This document shows, piece after piece, positions 39,091 through 50,471 of a stretch of DNA of 64,000 bases. How positions within the stretch are numbered: position 1 is the stretch's first letter; every line of letters starts with the position of its first letter. The position numbers and the translations under genes are program-made. The notes below the pieces were generated by a model. That model searched no databases, was not told the DNA's origin, and worked only from the letters and a program-made list of their open reading frames with translations. The stretch is from Chthoniobacteraceae bacterium (lineage in GTDB: Bacteria > Verrucomicrobiota > Verrucomicrobiia > Chthoniobacterales > Chthoniobacteraceae), in NCBI GenBank assembly GCA_031409335.1, contig JANNWY010000193.1, forward strand, positions 1 through 64,000, read 5' to 3'.

Positions 39091-40305
39091 ATGCCCACCA
39101 TCGCCCTGCTCGGAACCATGGACACCAAAGGCCACGAACACGCCTTCGTCGCCGCACAAATCCGCGAGCGTGGCCACCGCACGCTCATCGTCGATCTCGG
39201 CACCGACGGACCGCCGCAAATCGCGCCCGATGTTTCACGCGAGGAAGTCGCCGCGCTCGCGGGCATCGATCTCACCGCGATCCGCGCGCGTCATGATCGC
39301 GGGGAAGCCGTCGCCGCGATGTCGCGGGCCGCGCCGCTGATTTTGGAGAAACTGCGGAGCGAAGGAAAAATCGACGGCGTCATCTCGCTCGGCGGCGGCG
39401 GCGGCACCGCTATCGCGACTGCCGGGATGCGCGCGCTGCCGCTCGGTTTTCCAAAGCTCATGGTGTCCACGCTGGCGAGCGGCAACACCGCGCAATACGT
39501 CGGCGTGAAAGACATCGTGATGATGCCCAGCATCGTCGATGTCGCCGGGCTCAATCGCATCTCGCGGCAAATCCTCACGCGCGCAGCGGGCGCAATCTGC
39601 GGCATGGTCGAGTCGCGTCCGCCCGCCGCGGGCGACAAGCCGATCATCGTCGCGTCCATGTTTGGAAACACGACTGACTGCGTGCAGCACGCGAAGGCGA
39701 TCCTCGAAAACGCGGGCTACGAAGTCCTTGTTTTCCACGCGACTGGCACTGGCGGAAAAACGATGGAATCACTCATCGAAAGCGGCCTCGTGTCCGGCGT
39801 GCTCGACATCACGACGACGGAATGGGCCGACGAACTTTGCGGCGGATTTCTCGGCGCGGGACCGACTCGTCTCGAAGCCGCCGCACGCCACGGCATCCCC
39901 GCCATCGTCGCGCCCGGCTGCCTCGACATGGTGAATTTTCACGCGCCCGAAAGTGTTCCCGCCAAATTCGTCGGACGCACTTTTTACAACCACAATCCGC
40001 AGGTGACCCTGATGCGCACGAACGCTGAAGAGTGCGCGCAACTCGGCAAAATCCTCGCCGAAAAAGTGAACCTCTCCACCGGCCCCGTCACCGTCCTTCT
40101 TCCCAAAAAAGCGATCAGCGCAATCAGCGCGCCGGGGCAGCCATTCTACGACGGTGAGGCTGACGAAGCCCTCTTCGACACGCTCAAATCGCACCTGAGA
40201 AAAGACATCCCCATCATCGAAATGGACGCCGCCATCAACGACCCCGCCTTCGCCGAAGCCTGCGCCCGCACGCTGCTCAATTCCATCCCGACCACCGCCG
40301 CATAA
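39091..40305 (+). CDS. Tm-1-like ATP-binding domain protein (UPF0261)
   Basis: GTMDTKG.E, GGGGGT, LPLGFPKLMVST, SMFGNTT.CV, VFHATGTGG, HNPQVTLMRT. Confidence 0.92.
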   Translation: MPTIALLGTMDTKGHEHAFVAAQIRERGHRTLIVDLGTDGPPQIAPDVSREEVAALAGIDLTAIRARHDRGEAVAAMSRAAPLILEKLRSEGKIDGVISLGGGGGTAIATAGMRALPLGFPKLMVSTLASGNTAQYVGVKDIVMMPSIVDVAGLNRISRQILTRAAGAICGMVESRPPAAGDKPIIVASMFGNTTDCVQHAKAILENAGYEVLVFHATGTGGKTMESLIESGLVSGVLDITTTEWADELCGGFLGAGPTRLEAAARHGIPAIVAPGCLDMVNFHAPESVPAKFVGRTFYNHNPQVTLMRTNAEECAQLGKILAEKVNLSTGPVTVLLPKKAISAISAPGQPFYDGEADEALFDTLKSHLRKDIPIIEMDAAINDPAFAEACARTLLNSIPTTAA

Positions 40306-40309
40306 ACTC

Positions 40310-41359
40310 ATGCCGCAATTTCTTTTCAGCGCCCTTTTCTCCATGTGCCTGCTCCCTCTCGCCGCCCGCGCGATCACACTCGATGAGGCACTGGATGGCA
40401 TCGCGCCCGACGTGAAAAAATGGGCGTCGGTCTGCATCATCACCGACCGCGCGGATGGCACGCCGCAATTCGCCTGGCACGAATACCGTGGCAGCGGCGG
40501 GGCGCGCGATTTCTGGCCGGCGAGCGCGATCAAACTCTACACCGCCGTGGCCGCGCTGGTGCTGCTGGCGGAGCGTGATTTTCCGCTCGATACCACGCTG
40601 ACCTTCGAGCATCGCGAAGGCGCGGGCGTGTGGACGGTCGATTGCGCGCGCACGATGCGCGAGATGCTCGGCGAAGTCTTCCGCCGCTCGTCCAATGAAG
40701 ACTACACGCTGCTGTTGCGGCTCGTCGGGATCGACCGCATGAACACGCGGTTTCTCATCCCGGAAAAAGGCTTCCCGAATTCCGCGCTCATGCGCGGCTA
40801 CGTGCTCGGGCGACCCTACGGCTACACGCGCGAGGAGCCGCAACGCATCACGCTGCGCGTGGCGGATCGCAGCGCGACGGTCGAGCACACTTGGAGCGGG
40901 CGCTTTCACGCCGAGGAACGCGGCGCGACGGTGATCGACGCGCGCACCGGCAACGTCACCAGCCCGCGTGAACTCGCCGAATGCCTGCGCCGCGTGCTCT
41001 TTCACGAACGCCTGCCAGAGTCCGAGCGATACGCGCTGACGGCGGAGCAGCTCGACTTCCTCCGCCACGGCGGCGCCGGACAGCGCGGGCTGGAAAACAA
41101 AGACGCCGACTCCGATCCGCTCGCGTGGAAAGGCGCGCTCGACGCGGTCTTTCCAAAGGCGCGCTTCTTCCACAAATGCGGCTGGATCAGCAGCCACGCG
41201 CTCGAGGTCGCCTATCTGGACGATACCGCGCAGAGCGGGCGGCGTTTCATCCTCGTCCCAGCCATCGCCGCTGGAGACGACACCCGTCCCGAGCGCGGCC
41301 AGGTGCTCATCGGAAAAATGGCGCGCGCCATCGGCGAGTGGGTGCGCACGCTGCCGTGA
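40310..41359 (+). CDS. Secreted serine hydrolase (beta-lactamase/PBP-like fold)
   Basis: Signal peptide; FWPASAIK (SxxK), SSN (SxN), HKCG (KTG-like). Confidence 0.78.
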   Translation: MPQFLFSALFSMCLLPLAARAITLDEALDGIAPDVKKWASVCIITDRADGTPQFAWHEYRGSGGARDFWPASAIKLYTAVAALVLLAERDFPLDTTLTFEHREGAGVWTVDCARTMREMLGEVFRRSSNEDYTLLLRLVGIDRMNTRFLIPEKGFPNSALMRGYVLGRPYGYTREEPQRITLRVADRSATVEHTWSGRFHAEERGATVIDARTGNVTSPRELAECLRRVLFHERLPESERYALTAEQLDFLRHGGAGQRGLENKDADSDPLAWKGALDAVFPKARFFHKCGWISSHALEVAYLDDTAQSGRRFILVPAIAAGDDTRPERGQVLIGKMARAIGEWVRTLP

Positions 41360-41411
41360 AGCTGCCGCATTTGAGCTTCCAACGCAGACCGATTTCGACG
41401 ATTTTTAACTA

Positions 41412-42185
41412 ATGCACCCTCGCATCCCTCGCCCGCTCCTCATCCCGCTCCTTGTTCTGGCAACAATCACTGGAGGATGCGAGCGAGGTCCCGATGCCAC
41501 GCTCACTGCCGAAATCCAGCGGCTGAATTCCGAACTCGAGGAAACGCGTGTCAGGCTCGAATCCGCGGAAAAGGTGAATAGCGCGAAACGAGCGCAGCCC
41601 GTCGCTACCACCCCACAGGAAACCGGGGCCAGCAAACCACCGGGACCGACCGCCGACAGCATTCAAAAGGACGATCAGATCACGGCACTGCAGGTGGAAC
41701 TCGCGGAGATAAAGAAACGCGATGCGTTCGCCTTTGCGGAGGCCAGCGCCACGCTGCGCTCGGGCACTGCCGGTGCCGCACTGGATCGTTATGAGAAATT
41801 TCTGAAGGATTTTCCGAACAGCCCAATGGCCGCGGATGCCGATCGCGCGATCACCGAACTCACCGCCGCTGCCCAGCGCGAAGCCCGCTCGCGCGCGACG
41901 CTCGTCGATCCGCGCCGGGCGCTTCGCGAGGCACTGGAGCATTTCAATGATGGCACCGTCACCGTGCAGGAAATCGCGCCATTGCTGAAAAACCGCAGTG
42001 CTGCGGATGTCGTGAAGCTGCTCGGCCCACCGAACCAAACCTACCGCGACGGCAAGGAAATCGGCTACACGGACAAAGTGATCGACACCAGCACGGGCAA
42101 CAAGGGAACGCTCGTCGTCGGATTCGACGCGGACGCCGTTGCCACCCTGCGCGTGGGCTATCTTGGGAAACCGATCAAGCCCTGA
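41412..42185 (+). CDS. Hypothetical lipoprotein with coiled coil and TPR-like segment
   Basis: Lipobox ITGGC; YEKFLKDFPNSPMA. Confidence 0.7.
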   Translation: MHPRIPRPLLIPLLVLATITGGCERGPDATLTAEIQRLNSELEETRVRLESAEKVNSAKRAQPVATTPQETGASKPPGPTADSIQKDDQITALQVELAEIKKRDAFAFAEASATLRSGTAGAALDRYEKFLKDFPNSPMAADADRAITELTAAAQREARSRATLVDPRRALREALEHFNDGTVTVQEIAPLLKNRSAADVVKLLGPPNQTYRDGKEIGYTDKVIDTSTGNKGTLVVGFDADAVATLRVGYLGKPIKP

Positions 42186-42193
42186 GCCTTGCG

Positions 42194-42595
42194 CTACTTC
42201 GGTTCAGGAACGGGGAGCACTTCCACCATCGGGCTGTCGTCCGCCGGGATCGCTGAAAAATCGCCCTGGATCACTTCGGGTGCGTTTTTCTTTTTGCTCC
42301 AATAGATCGTCGTCAGTTTTCCGTCGGGCTTCTGGCTCACGGTGTAACGTTTGTTCTCGTCGTCTTCGGCGACCATTTGAAACTGACCTGCCCCGGCCGT
42401 GACCATCATGCTGGCAGCCGCGCGGGTCGGATTGTTTGCCGCTTCTTCGATGAATTTTTTCGCCCTCGGACCGACGACCATTGCGAACACGGCGAACGCA
42501 ATGATCCCGAGAACGATCAGGCTGCCACAACCGATGCCAACCCATGCCAGGGGACCGAGACCTTTTTTCTGAGGAGCGGGAGATGATGAATCCAT
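42194..42595 (-). CDS. Hypothetical single-pass membrane protein
   Basis: KKGLGPLAWVGIGCG plus a TM helix. Confidence 0.72.
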   Translation of the reverse strand: MDSSSPAPQKKGLGPLAWVGIGCGSLIVLGIIAFAVFAMVVGPRAKKFIEEAANNPTRAAASMMVTAGAGQFQMVAEDDENKRYTVSQKPDGKLTTIYWSKKKNAPEVIQGDFSAIPADDSPMVEVLPVPEPK

Positions 42596-42680
42596 AGGGG
42601 CGGGACGCTAATCGGATCACATCGCCAACCGCAAGCAGGACCGCTCGCGAATTTCCCGGGCACGGCCGAAGCCGATCGGC

Positions 42681-44183
42681 TCAGCCCTTGGTAAACAGAT
42701 CCATCACCGGCTTCCCGAGCCCGTCCTTGGTCACGTAAAACGGACGCTCTTCGATCAAGTAGGAGAGCTTCGGCGAAACGCCCATCGCGCGATAGATCGA
42801 CGCGTGCAGGTCTTCGATGGAGACGGGATCGACCACCGCCTTGCACGGACGCTCATCCGCGGTGACGCCGTGGACGTGCCCGCGTTTCATGCCGCCACCG
42901 AAGAGCAGCACGCTGCCGGCGTCGATGAAATGCCGGTGCATTCCGTAGTGCAGCGGCAGCTCGATTTTGTCCGGCACACGCGCCTGGTCGCGGGTCTTCG
43001 AGCCTTCGCGGCCCTCGATCATCATGTCCCGCGAAAACTCACTCGCGAGCACCACGAGCGTGCGATCGAGCAGACCACGTTCTTCGAGATCGAGCACGAG
43101 TTGCGCGATCGGCGCGTCGATCATCTTCTTCATGTTCACCAGCCGCGCGTGCCCGTTCTCGTGCGTGTCCCAATTCAGGAATGGAATGTATTCCGTCGTC
43201 ACCTCGACGTAGCGCGCGCCCACTTCCGCGAGCCGCCGCGCGAGCAGACAGCCGAGCCCGAAGCGCCCGATCGTCCCCGCCTCATAGTCACCGTCACGAT
43301 TCTGTTTCGCCGAATTGATCTTCGCCGGATCGAAGCCCGCGGGAACGTATTTCGCCACGTTGTCCTTGGGCTCGAGGGAAAGATCGAACGCCTTCGCCGC
43401 GGGCGAACCGAGCAGACGATGCGCATTGTCCATCGCCCGCACGAAAGACTCGCGCTGATATTCGCTGCCGACTTTCCCCACCGGACTCGCCTCCAGCAGT
43501 CGCTTGTAAAATTTGTTCCGATCCTCAAACCGACCCGGCGTCATTCCCGCAGGCGGGCGCACCGCCGTCGCGGCGTCGTGCGGAAAGGGAATGTTGAACG
43601 GCCCATATTCACTCCCGAGAAATCCCGCGGTCGTGAATGCCTTGAGTTCCTCGGCTTCACCCAGATCGAAGCGCTGCCCGATATTGATAAACGCAGGCAC
43701 CGCCGGATCGCGCGGCCCGAGCGTGCGCGAGAGGAATGCGCCGAGATGTGGCGCGGCCACGGATTGCGGCGGCACGTAGCCCGTGTGCCAGTGATACTGA
43801 TGCCGCGAATGGAGGATGAATCCAAGGTCCGCAGCCTGCGCCGTGCGGATCAGCGACCCGCGATCCATCACGCTCGCGACTTTCTCCAGCCCCTCGGAAA
43901 AGCGCACGCCATCCACCGCCGTCGGGATGCTCGGGAAAGTGGAGAGCACCCCTTTCGGATCCATCCCCTTTTCAAACGGCGCGTACCGTTTCGGATCGAA
44001 CGTCTCCGTGTGCGCCATGCCACCCGCCATCCACAGCACGATCACCGTATCCGCAGTCGGCGCGATTTTTTCCAATTCTCCAGCGGCAAACAATCGCGGT
44101 GCCCGTGCCCCGAGCGCGGCAAGCGTCGCGGCGGATGCGGTTTTGAGGAAGTCACGGCGGGTGTGGGCGGATGGGATGTTCAT
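42681..44183 (-). CDS. DUF1501 domain protein (Tat-exported)
   Basis: TRRDFLK Tat motif; WMAGGMAHTETFDPK, GCLLARRL, WDTH, DLEERGLLDRTLVV..SEF. Confidence 0.9.
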   Translation of the reverse strand: MNIPSAHTRRDFLKTASAATLAALGARAPRLFAAGELEKIAPTADTVIVLWMAGGMAHTETFDPKRYAPFEKGMDPKGVLSTFPSIPTAVDGVRFSEGLEKVASVMDRGSLIRTAQAADLGFILHSRHQYHWHTGYVPPQSVAAPHLGAFLSRTLGPRDPAVPAFINIGQRFDLGEAEELKAFTTAGFLGSEYGPFNIPFPHDAATAVRPPAGMTPGRFEDRNKFYKRLLEASPVGKVGSEYQRESFVRAMDNAHRLLGSPAAKAFDLSLEPKDNVAKYVPAGFDPAKINSAKQNRDGDYEAGTIGRFGLGCLLARRLAEVGARYVEVTTEYIPFLNWDTHENGHARLVNMKKMIDAPIAQLVLDLEERGLLDRTLVVLASEFSRDMMIEGREGSKTRDQARVPDKIELPLHYGMHRHFIDAGSVLLFGGGMKRGHVHGVTADERPCKAVVDPVSIEDLHASIYRAMGVSPKLSYLIEERPFYVTKDGLGKPVMDLFTKG

Positions 44184-44335
44184 CTAAAAGGATAGTTGCG
44201 AGAGAAGATCGCGGAGTGGTGTCCGCGCAAGCGCGACTCGGAAATCACGTGCGCATGGCGGTCTTCATTAGGTCATACGTTACCAGAATCCACCGCCGAC
44301 GGCGAAATTTTATGCCGCGACCGCTTGCTCCCTCG

Positions 44336-45160
44336 CTAAGGGCTTTGCAGCGGTTCGGCATCGTCTTCGTCGTCCACTTCCTCCTCGATCTCCTGCTTCA
44401 TCTTCCGCGAGAGGAACGGGCGCAGGAAGCCGTAGAGCAGATAGGAGACGAAAATGACCGCGGGCATCCACTGGTAATTCATTACCGTCAGGATCAGCAC
44501 GACCACGATCGCGATGAACTTTGGCAGCGAGCGCGTGCTGCGCCAGTTGAGCGATTTGAAGCTCGGGTATTTGAAGCCGCTGAACATCATCCACGCGAGG
44601 AAGAGCAGCAGCGGCGGGAGCACCCATTTTCCGTTGCCGATGTCGCGCCCGCGTTCGTCGAACCACAGCATCGCCAGCGTGAGCGAGGCGATGACTCCGG
44701 CGGCGGCGGGGATGGGGAAGCCTTTGAATTCCTTGTTTGCGGCGACCGAGTTTGCGGCGGCGAGGCAGTTAAAACGGGCGAGGCGGAGCGCGCCGCAGAT
44801 GAGGTAGATCGACGCGATGACCCAGCCGGTGCGAGGAAATTCGTGGAGGATGATGCGATAGACCATGAGCGCCGGGGCGACGCCGAATGAGACCACATCC
44901 GCCAGCGAATCGAACTCGCGTCCGAACGGGCTTTCATTGCCGCCGAGCCGGGCGAGGCGGCCATCCAGCGCGTCGAAAATGCAGGACGCAAGGATGTACC
45001 AGATCGCGTAATGAAATTTGTCCGCCGCGAGATCGGCATCGCTGTTTTGCAGGAGCGCGCCTTCGAGAATCTTCAATATCGCGGCGAAGCCGCAAAAGAG
45101 ATTTCCCGCCGTCATCAGATTCGGCAGGAGGTAGATTTTCGGGGAGCCGGGATCGCTCAT
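44336..45160 (-). CDS. pssA: CDP-diacylglycerol--serine O-phosphatidyltransferase
   Basis: LPNLMTAGNLFCGF, DALDGRLAR...FGREFDSLADVVSFGVAP, LRLARFN; adjacent to psd. Confidence 0.94.
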   Translation of the reverse strand: MSDPGSPKIYLLPNLMTAGNLFCGFAAILKILEGALLQNSDADLAADKFHYAIWYILASCIFDALDGRLARLGGNESPFGREFDSLADVVSFGVAPALMVYRIILHEFPRTGWVIASIYLICGALRLARFNCLAAANSVAANKEFKGFPIPAAAGVIASLTLAMLWFDERGRDIGNGKWVLPPLLLFLAWMMFSGFKYPSFKSLNWRSTRSLPKFIAIVVVLILTVMNYQWMPAVIFVSYLLYGFLRPFLSRKMKQEIEEEVDDEDDAEPLQSP

Positions 45161-45164
45161 GGGA

Positions 45165-45809
45165 TCATTTCAGGATCGCGATGGCGGTCGCGCCACCGAG
45201 GACTTTGTCGCCGATCTTCACGGTCACCTCGGCATCGAGCGGGAGATAAATTTCGGTGTATGAGCCGAAGCGAATCATACCGAAGCGGAAGCCCTTTTCG
45301 ACGACATCATTGAGCTTCGACCATGGCACGATGCGCCGGGCGATTTTTCCGGTGATCTGCCGCACGACGAGCGTGGCGTTTGCCCCTTCAAAAGCCCAGG
45401 TGAGCGCTTCGTTGAACTTTGAAACGTCGGGGTGGCGGGCGTCGAGGTATGGGCCGGGATAGGTGCCGGGATAGTGTTTTGTGTAAGTGATTTTGCCCGC
45501 GATCGGCGCTTTGTTCACATGCACATCCACCACGGAAAGGAAGATGCCCACGCGGCGGCATTTCTTTTTCAAGACCTCGGTTTCCTCGACTTCCGCGATC
45601 TCGGCGATGTGTCCGTCCGCCGCGGCGACGACGATGTTTTCACCCGGCGGGATGTCGCGAGTTGGGTCGCGGAAGAAATTGATGCAAAACAGGGTGAGCA
45701 GTGAGGCAAGGACGGTGAGCCAGCGCCAGTGCATAAAAAGGCCCAACGCAAGGAGCACGAAGATGACGGTGAAAATATACCGACCTTCGAAGAGAGTCTG
45801 AAAACGCAT
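45165..45809 (-). CDS. psd: Phosphatidylserine decarboxylase proenzyme
   Basis: FFRDP.R, IFLSV.DVHVN, QITGKIARRI, GMIRFGS cleavage motif. Start set at ATG45809. Confidence 0.93.
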   Translation of the reverse strand: MRFQTLFEGRYIFTVIFVLLALGLFMHWRWLTVLASLLTLFCINFFRDPTRDIPPGENIVVAAADGHIAEIAEVEETEVLKKKCRRVGIFLSVVDVHVNKAPIAGKITYTKHYPGTYPGPYLDARHPDVSKFNEALTWAFEGANATLVVRQITGKIARRIVPWSKLNDVVEKGFRFGMIRFGSYTEIYLPLDAEVTVKIGDKVLGGATAIAILK

Positions 45810-46017
45810 TCGGCGCACTGTCCGTGGGCGCGGGGAAACGATCAAGCGTGTTCCAAGGAGATTGCCGTGTGGAATCCAGGCATCTACGATCGGGGCGATG
45901 ACATCTGTGACCAATCCGACTTTGCCGGAGTATGAACTGGAGTGATTTACGCAACACTTGGAATAGCCAAATTAAGTGATGAACTGCACTGACTTGACGA
46001 CGCCAACCCCGCTCTAA

Positions 46018-47208
46018 ATGCCCCGCATCCCCATCATCATGCCGCAGCTCGGCGAATCCATCGCCGAGGCCACCGTCGTGCGCATTCCCTTCCAGGTCGG
46101 CGACGCCATCGAGAGCGATCAGGACGTGCTCGAAGTCGAGACGAACAAAGCCACGATGGGCGTCACCCCGCCGTGCGGTGGGCGCATCGCGGAATGGCTC
46201 GTCGAGGTCGGTCAAAGCTATCCCGTGGGCGCGACGCTCGGCTTTCTCGAAGTCAGCGCGGAAGACGCCGCCCGCATCGGCGTGGATGCACCGGCTCCTG
46301 CTGTGGCCGTGGAAAACGGAAAACCTGCCGCGGCGCCGGAGACCTGGCGCTCCAGCGTCGAGCCCACCGTGCGCGGCCTGCCGGTGCCCGCTTCCGCCGC
46401 AGGTGCGAGCTACCTTTCCCCGCGCATGAAGGCGCGCATGAACGAACTCGGGATGCACGCCGCCGACCTCGCGGGCATCCCCGGCAGCGGCGCGGCGGGC
46501 CGCGTGACGATCGACGACTTTGAAAAATTCGTCGCCCGCCTCGACGAACACAAACTCAGCCCCGCCTCCTCCATGCGCGTCGCCGTCGCCGACGCCATGC
46601 GCCGCTCGTGGACACGCCCGCTCGCGACCGTCGGCATGTCCGTCGTCCTCGATCCGATGCTCGCGCACCGCAAAGCCAGCGACCCCAAACCCGGCCCCGC
46701 GCTTTACGCCCTGCGCGCGCTCGCCCTCGCCCTCGCGGAAAACAGCGCCCCCGCCGGCCGCCTCATCGGCGACAAAATCGTGCATCCCAAAGCGATCGAC
46801 ATCGGCTTCGCCGTGGAAGCCGCCGACGGCGTGCTCGTCCCCGTCCTCCGCTCTGCGGAACGCACCACGCTTTCCGAAATGGTCGTGCGCTACAACGAAC
46901 TCGTCGAACTCGCCCGCCAGCGCCGGCTGCCCGCGACCGCGCAGGGCGGCTCGATCGCGACCGTGACGAACTTCGGCACCTTCGGCCTCGAATGGGCCAC
47001 GCCGATTCCGCTGCCCGAACAAACGATGGTGCTCGGTCTTGGGGCAGGCCGCGTTGTGCCGAGTTGGGATAAGGCGAAGCAGCAATTCCTGCCCGTCACC
47101 GAAGCGTATCTCACGCTCAGCTTCGACCACCGCGTCCTCGATGGCGGTGGCGCGGGCCGGTTGCTTCAGCGCATCTCCGCGCTGCTGCAAACGCCCGAGA
47201 CGCTGTAG
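46018..47208 (+). CDS. 2-oxoacid dehydrogenase E2 (dihydrolipoamide acyltransferase)
   Basis: MPQLGESIAEAT, lipoyl motif ETNKA, E3-binding GSG..GRVT..D, catalytic FDHRVLDG. Confidence 0.9.
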   Translation: MPRIPIIMPQLGESIAEATVVRIPFQVGDAIESDQDVLEVETNKATMGVTPPCGGRIAEWLVEVGQSYPVGATLGFLEVSAEDAARIGVDAPAPAVAVENGKPAAAPETWRSSVEPTVRGLPVPASAAGASYLSPRMKARMNELGMHAADLAGIPGSGAAGRVTIDDFEKFVARLDEHKLSPASSMRVAVADAMRRSWTRPLATVGMSVVLDPMLAHRKASDPKPGPALYALRALALALAENSAPAGRLIGDKIVHPKAIDIGFAVEAADGVLVPVLRSAERTTLSEMVVRYNELVELARQRRLPATAQGGSIATVTNFGTFGLEWATPIPLPEQTMVLGLGAGRVVPSWDKAKQQFLPVTEAYLTLSFDHRVLDGGGAGRLLQRISALLQTPETL

Positions 47209-47306
47209 CGCAGCGCCTCGGAACCCGGGTAGCACGCTCGTCCCGCCGAAACGAACTTTCATCACGCATCGCTGGTAAAACTGTGAACGAGTTCCGTGAC
47301 GATGCG

Positions 47307-50300
47307 TCAGGAAAGTCCGTCGAGGCGGGACGAGCGCGCTTCCCGGAGTTCCCGTTCGCGCAGCCATGCGAAAATGACCGGCGTCACAATGAGAATATGA
47401 AGGAGACTTGAAACCATCCCGCCGATCACGGGCGCGGCGAGCGGCTTCATCACCTCCGAGCCGACGCGTGTGCTCCACATGATCGGGAGCAGGCTGGCGA
47501 CGATCGTCGCCACGGTCATTACTTTTGGGCGAAGGCGAAGACGTGCGCCTTCCTTGATCGCGTCGAGTAAATCGGCGCGCGAAAAATTTTCGCCGCGCTC
47601 GCTGCGTTTGCGCGCGAGGGCTTCCTCGAGATACACGACCATTACCACTCCCGTCTGAATCGCCGTGCCGAAGAGCGCGATGTAGCCGAACCACACGGCG
47701 ACGCTGAAATTGTAGCCGAGCAGGTATTGCAAGAACACGCCGCCGGTCAGCGCGAAGGGCACGGCGAGGATGACGTGCGCGGCTTCCTTCACGCTGCCAT
47801 AGACGAGGTAGAGCAGCAGGAAAATGATCGCGAGCACGGCAGGCACGATGAGTTGCAGCGTGCGCTTGGCGCGGATTTGGTTTTCGTACTGGCCGCTCCA
47901 TTCGATCGTCATGCCGTCGGGAAGTTTGACGTCGCGCGCGATTCGCTGGCGCGCTTCATCCACAAAGCCGCCGAGGTCGCGGCCCTGCACGTTCGCCTGC
48001 ACGAAGACCCGCAGCCGCCCGTTCTCGCTGGCGATTTCGCTCGGGCCGGTGTTGCGCGAAATCGAGGCAAGCTGGCCGAGCGGGATTTGTTTCCCCGCGG
48101 GCGTCGCCACGAGCACGTCACCGAGGCGTTCGATGTCGTCGCGCTCGTCGCGCGCGACCCGGACTTGGATGGGAAAACGCTGCCGTCCCTCAATGGTCGT
48201 CGTCACATTTTTTCCGCCGAGTCCCGCTTCTACCACATCGAGAATCTGCTGCGCGCGCAGGCCGTAGCGCGCGGCGGATTCGCGGTTCACCGCGATTTCG
48301 AGATACGGCTTTCCCTGCACCCGTGAAGGCGCGACGCCGACCGCGCCGGGGATTTCGCGCACGATTTTTTCGATCTCGAACGCCTTCGCCTGCAACGCAT
48401 CGAGATTCGCACCGAGCACCTTGATGCCGACCTGTGCGCGGATCCCGGTCGAGAGCATGAGGATGCGATTTTCGATCGGCTGGAGAAAGCCGGGCACGTA
48501 GCCGGGGACTTGCGTGAGCTTTTGCGTCAGCTCGGCGATGAGCGCGCCCTTCGTCATGCCCGCGCGCCATTCGTGCTCCGGTTTGAGCATGATCGTCGTC
48601 TCGATCATCTCGACCGGCGCGGGATCGGTGGGCGATTCCGCGCGTCCGAGTTTGCCCGCTGCGGAGAGCACTTCCGGCGTTTGGGAAATGGCGGTGTCCT
48701 GCCACGACATGATGCGTTTCACCTCGGTGAGGCTGGTGCTCGGCAGCAGCACGGGCATAAAAAGCAGCGAGCCTTCGTTGAGCGGCGGCATGAATTCCCG
48801 GCCCATGCGTGGGATGAGCGCGAGCGCGCCGACGAGCATGAGCGCGGCGCAGGCGAGGACGGATTTGCGATGCGTGAGCGCCCAGTCGAGCGTGGGATTG
48901 TAAATCGCGAGCAGCCCGCGCATGACCCAGTTTTTTTCCTCGGAATGGAACGGGCCTTTGACCAGCAGCACGCAGAGCACGGGGACGATGGTGACCGCGA
49001 GCAGCGTGGAGCCGATCATCGCGAAGGTCTTCGTGAAGGCGAGGGGATGAAACAGTTTCCCTTCCTGGCCGGTGAGCGCGAACACTGGCACGAACGCGAG
49101 AATGATGATCGCCATCGCGAAGAAGATCGGGCGGCCGACTTGCTTCGATGCGGCGAGGACCACATCGAATGTTTCACCACGGGTCAGCGCCGCGCCCTTT
49201 TTCCCCTCCGCCTCCTCGCAATGCCGGATCACATTTTCCGTCATCACGATCGCGGCATCGACGAGCACGCCAATGGCGATCGCGATGCCGCTCAGCGACA
49301 TGATGTTCGACGTGATGCCGAACTGCCGCATGAGGATGAACGAGATGAGAATCGAGACCGGCAGCGGAAACGTGACGATGAGGATGCTGCGGAAATGGAA
49401 CAGGAAAACGATGTGCGCGAGCGTGACGAGGATGATCTCCTCGGTAAGCGCGTGCTTGAGCGTGGCAATGGTGCGGTCGATCAATTCGCTGCGGTCGTAG
49501 AACGATTTGATCGTGACACCCGGCGGCAGGCTCGGCGCGATTTGCGCGATTTTTTCCTTAATGCGAGCGATCACTTCGCGCGCGTTTTCACCGGTGCGCA
49601 TCACCACGATGCCACCGACGACTTCGCGCCCGTTCACATCCAGCGCGCCGCGGCGGAAGTCGCCGCCGATCTGCACGGTGGCGACATCGCGCAGGTAAAT
49701 CGGCGTGCCTTCGCGCTCGGCGAGCACGGTCTTTTCGAGATCGGCGGTGGACTGAATGAGGCCGATCCCGCGCACCACGAATTCCATGCCGTTTTCCTCG
49801 ATCACCTTGCCGCCGACGTTGAGGTTGCTCTGACCCACGGCTTCCATCACTTCCTGCAGCGACACTTTGGCCGCGCGCATTTTCATCGAAGAGACCTCAA
49901 TCTGATACTGCCGCACGAACCCCCCGACACTCGCGACCTCCGCGACGCCGGGCACCGCATTCAGTTGATAACGCACAAACCAATCCTGCACCGCGCGCAG
50001 TTCGCCGAGGTCGTGGCCCTGCTTCGCATCATCCACATCGAGGTAATACTGGAAGACCCATCCGAGCCCGGTCGCGTCCGGGCCGAGCTTCGCGGTGACG
50101 CCGGCGGGCAGGATGTCGCCGAGATAATTCAGTCGCTCGAGCACGCGCGTGCGGGCGAAGTAGTTGTCGATCTTGTCGTCGAAAATAATCGTGAGCAGCG
50201 AGAAGCCAAACATCGAATTCGCGCGCACCGTTTTCACTCCGGCGAGGCCCTGGAGATTTACGGAAAGCGGATACGTGATCTGATCCTCGACCTCCTGCGG

Positions 50301-50471
50301 ACTGCGCCCCGCCCAGTCGGCGAAGACGATGACTTGGTTTTCGCTGAGGTCGGGGATGGCGTCGATCGGCGTGCGGCGCAGCTCGAAGATGCCGAGCGCA
50401 ATGATGAAGAGCGTGGCGCACGCGACGAGGAAACGGTTTCGCAGCGACCACTCGATGAGGCGCGGGATCAT
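47307..50471 (-). CDS. cusA: CusA/CzcA family heavy-metal RND permease
   Basis: [56 protein letters not shown] overlap with cusB. Confidence 0.93.
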   Translation of the reverse strand: MIPRLIEWSLRNRFLVACATLFIIALGIFELRRTPIDAIPDLSENQVIVFADWAGRSPQEVEDQITYPLSVNLQGLAGVKTVRANSMFGFSLLTIIFDDKIDNYFARTRVLERLNYLGDILPAGVTAKLGPDATGLGWVFQYYLDVDDAKQGHDLGELRAVQDWFVRYQLNAVPGVAEVASVGGFVRQYQIEVSSMKMRAAKVSLQEVMEAVGQSNLNVGGKVIEENGMEFVVRGIGLIQSTADLEKTVLAEREGTPIYLRDVATVQIGGDFRRGALDVNGREVVGGIVVMRTGENAREVIARIKEKIAQIAPSLPPGVTIKSFYDRSELIDRTIATLKHALTEEIILVTLAHIVFLFHFRSILIVTFPLPVSILISFILMRQFGITSNIMSLSGIAIAIGVLVDAAIVMTENVIRHCEEAEGKKGAALTRGETFDVVLAASKQVGRPIFFAMAIIILAFVPVFALTGQEGKLFHPLAFTKTFAMIGSTLLAVTIVPVLCVLLVKGPFHSEEKNWVMRGLLAIYNPTLDWALTHRKSVLACAALMLVGALALIPRMGREFMPPLNEGSLLFMPVLLPSTSLTEVKRIMSWQDTAISQTPEVLSAAGKLGRAESPTDPAPVEMIETTIMLKPEHEWRAGMTKGALIAELTQKLTQVPGYVPGFLQPIENRILMLSTGIRAQVGIKVLGANLDALQAKAFEIEKIVREIPGAVGVAPSRVQGKPYLEIAVNRESAARYGLRAQQILDVVEAGLGGKNVTTTIEGRQRFPIQVRVARDERDDIERLGDVLVATPAGKQIPLGQLASISRNTGPSEIASENGRLRVFVQANVQGRDLGGFVDEARQRIARDVKLPDGMTIEWSGQYENQIRAKRTLQLIVPAVLAIIFLLLYLVYGSVKEAAHVILAVPFALTGGVFLQYLLGYNFSVAVWFGYIALFGTAIQTGVVMVVYLEEALARKRSERGENFSRADLLDAIKEGARLRLRPKVMTVATIVASLLPIMWSTRVGSEVMKPLAAPVIGGMVSSLLHILIVTPVIFAWLRERELREARSSRLDGLS

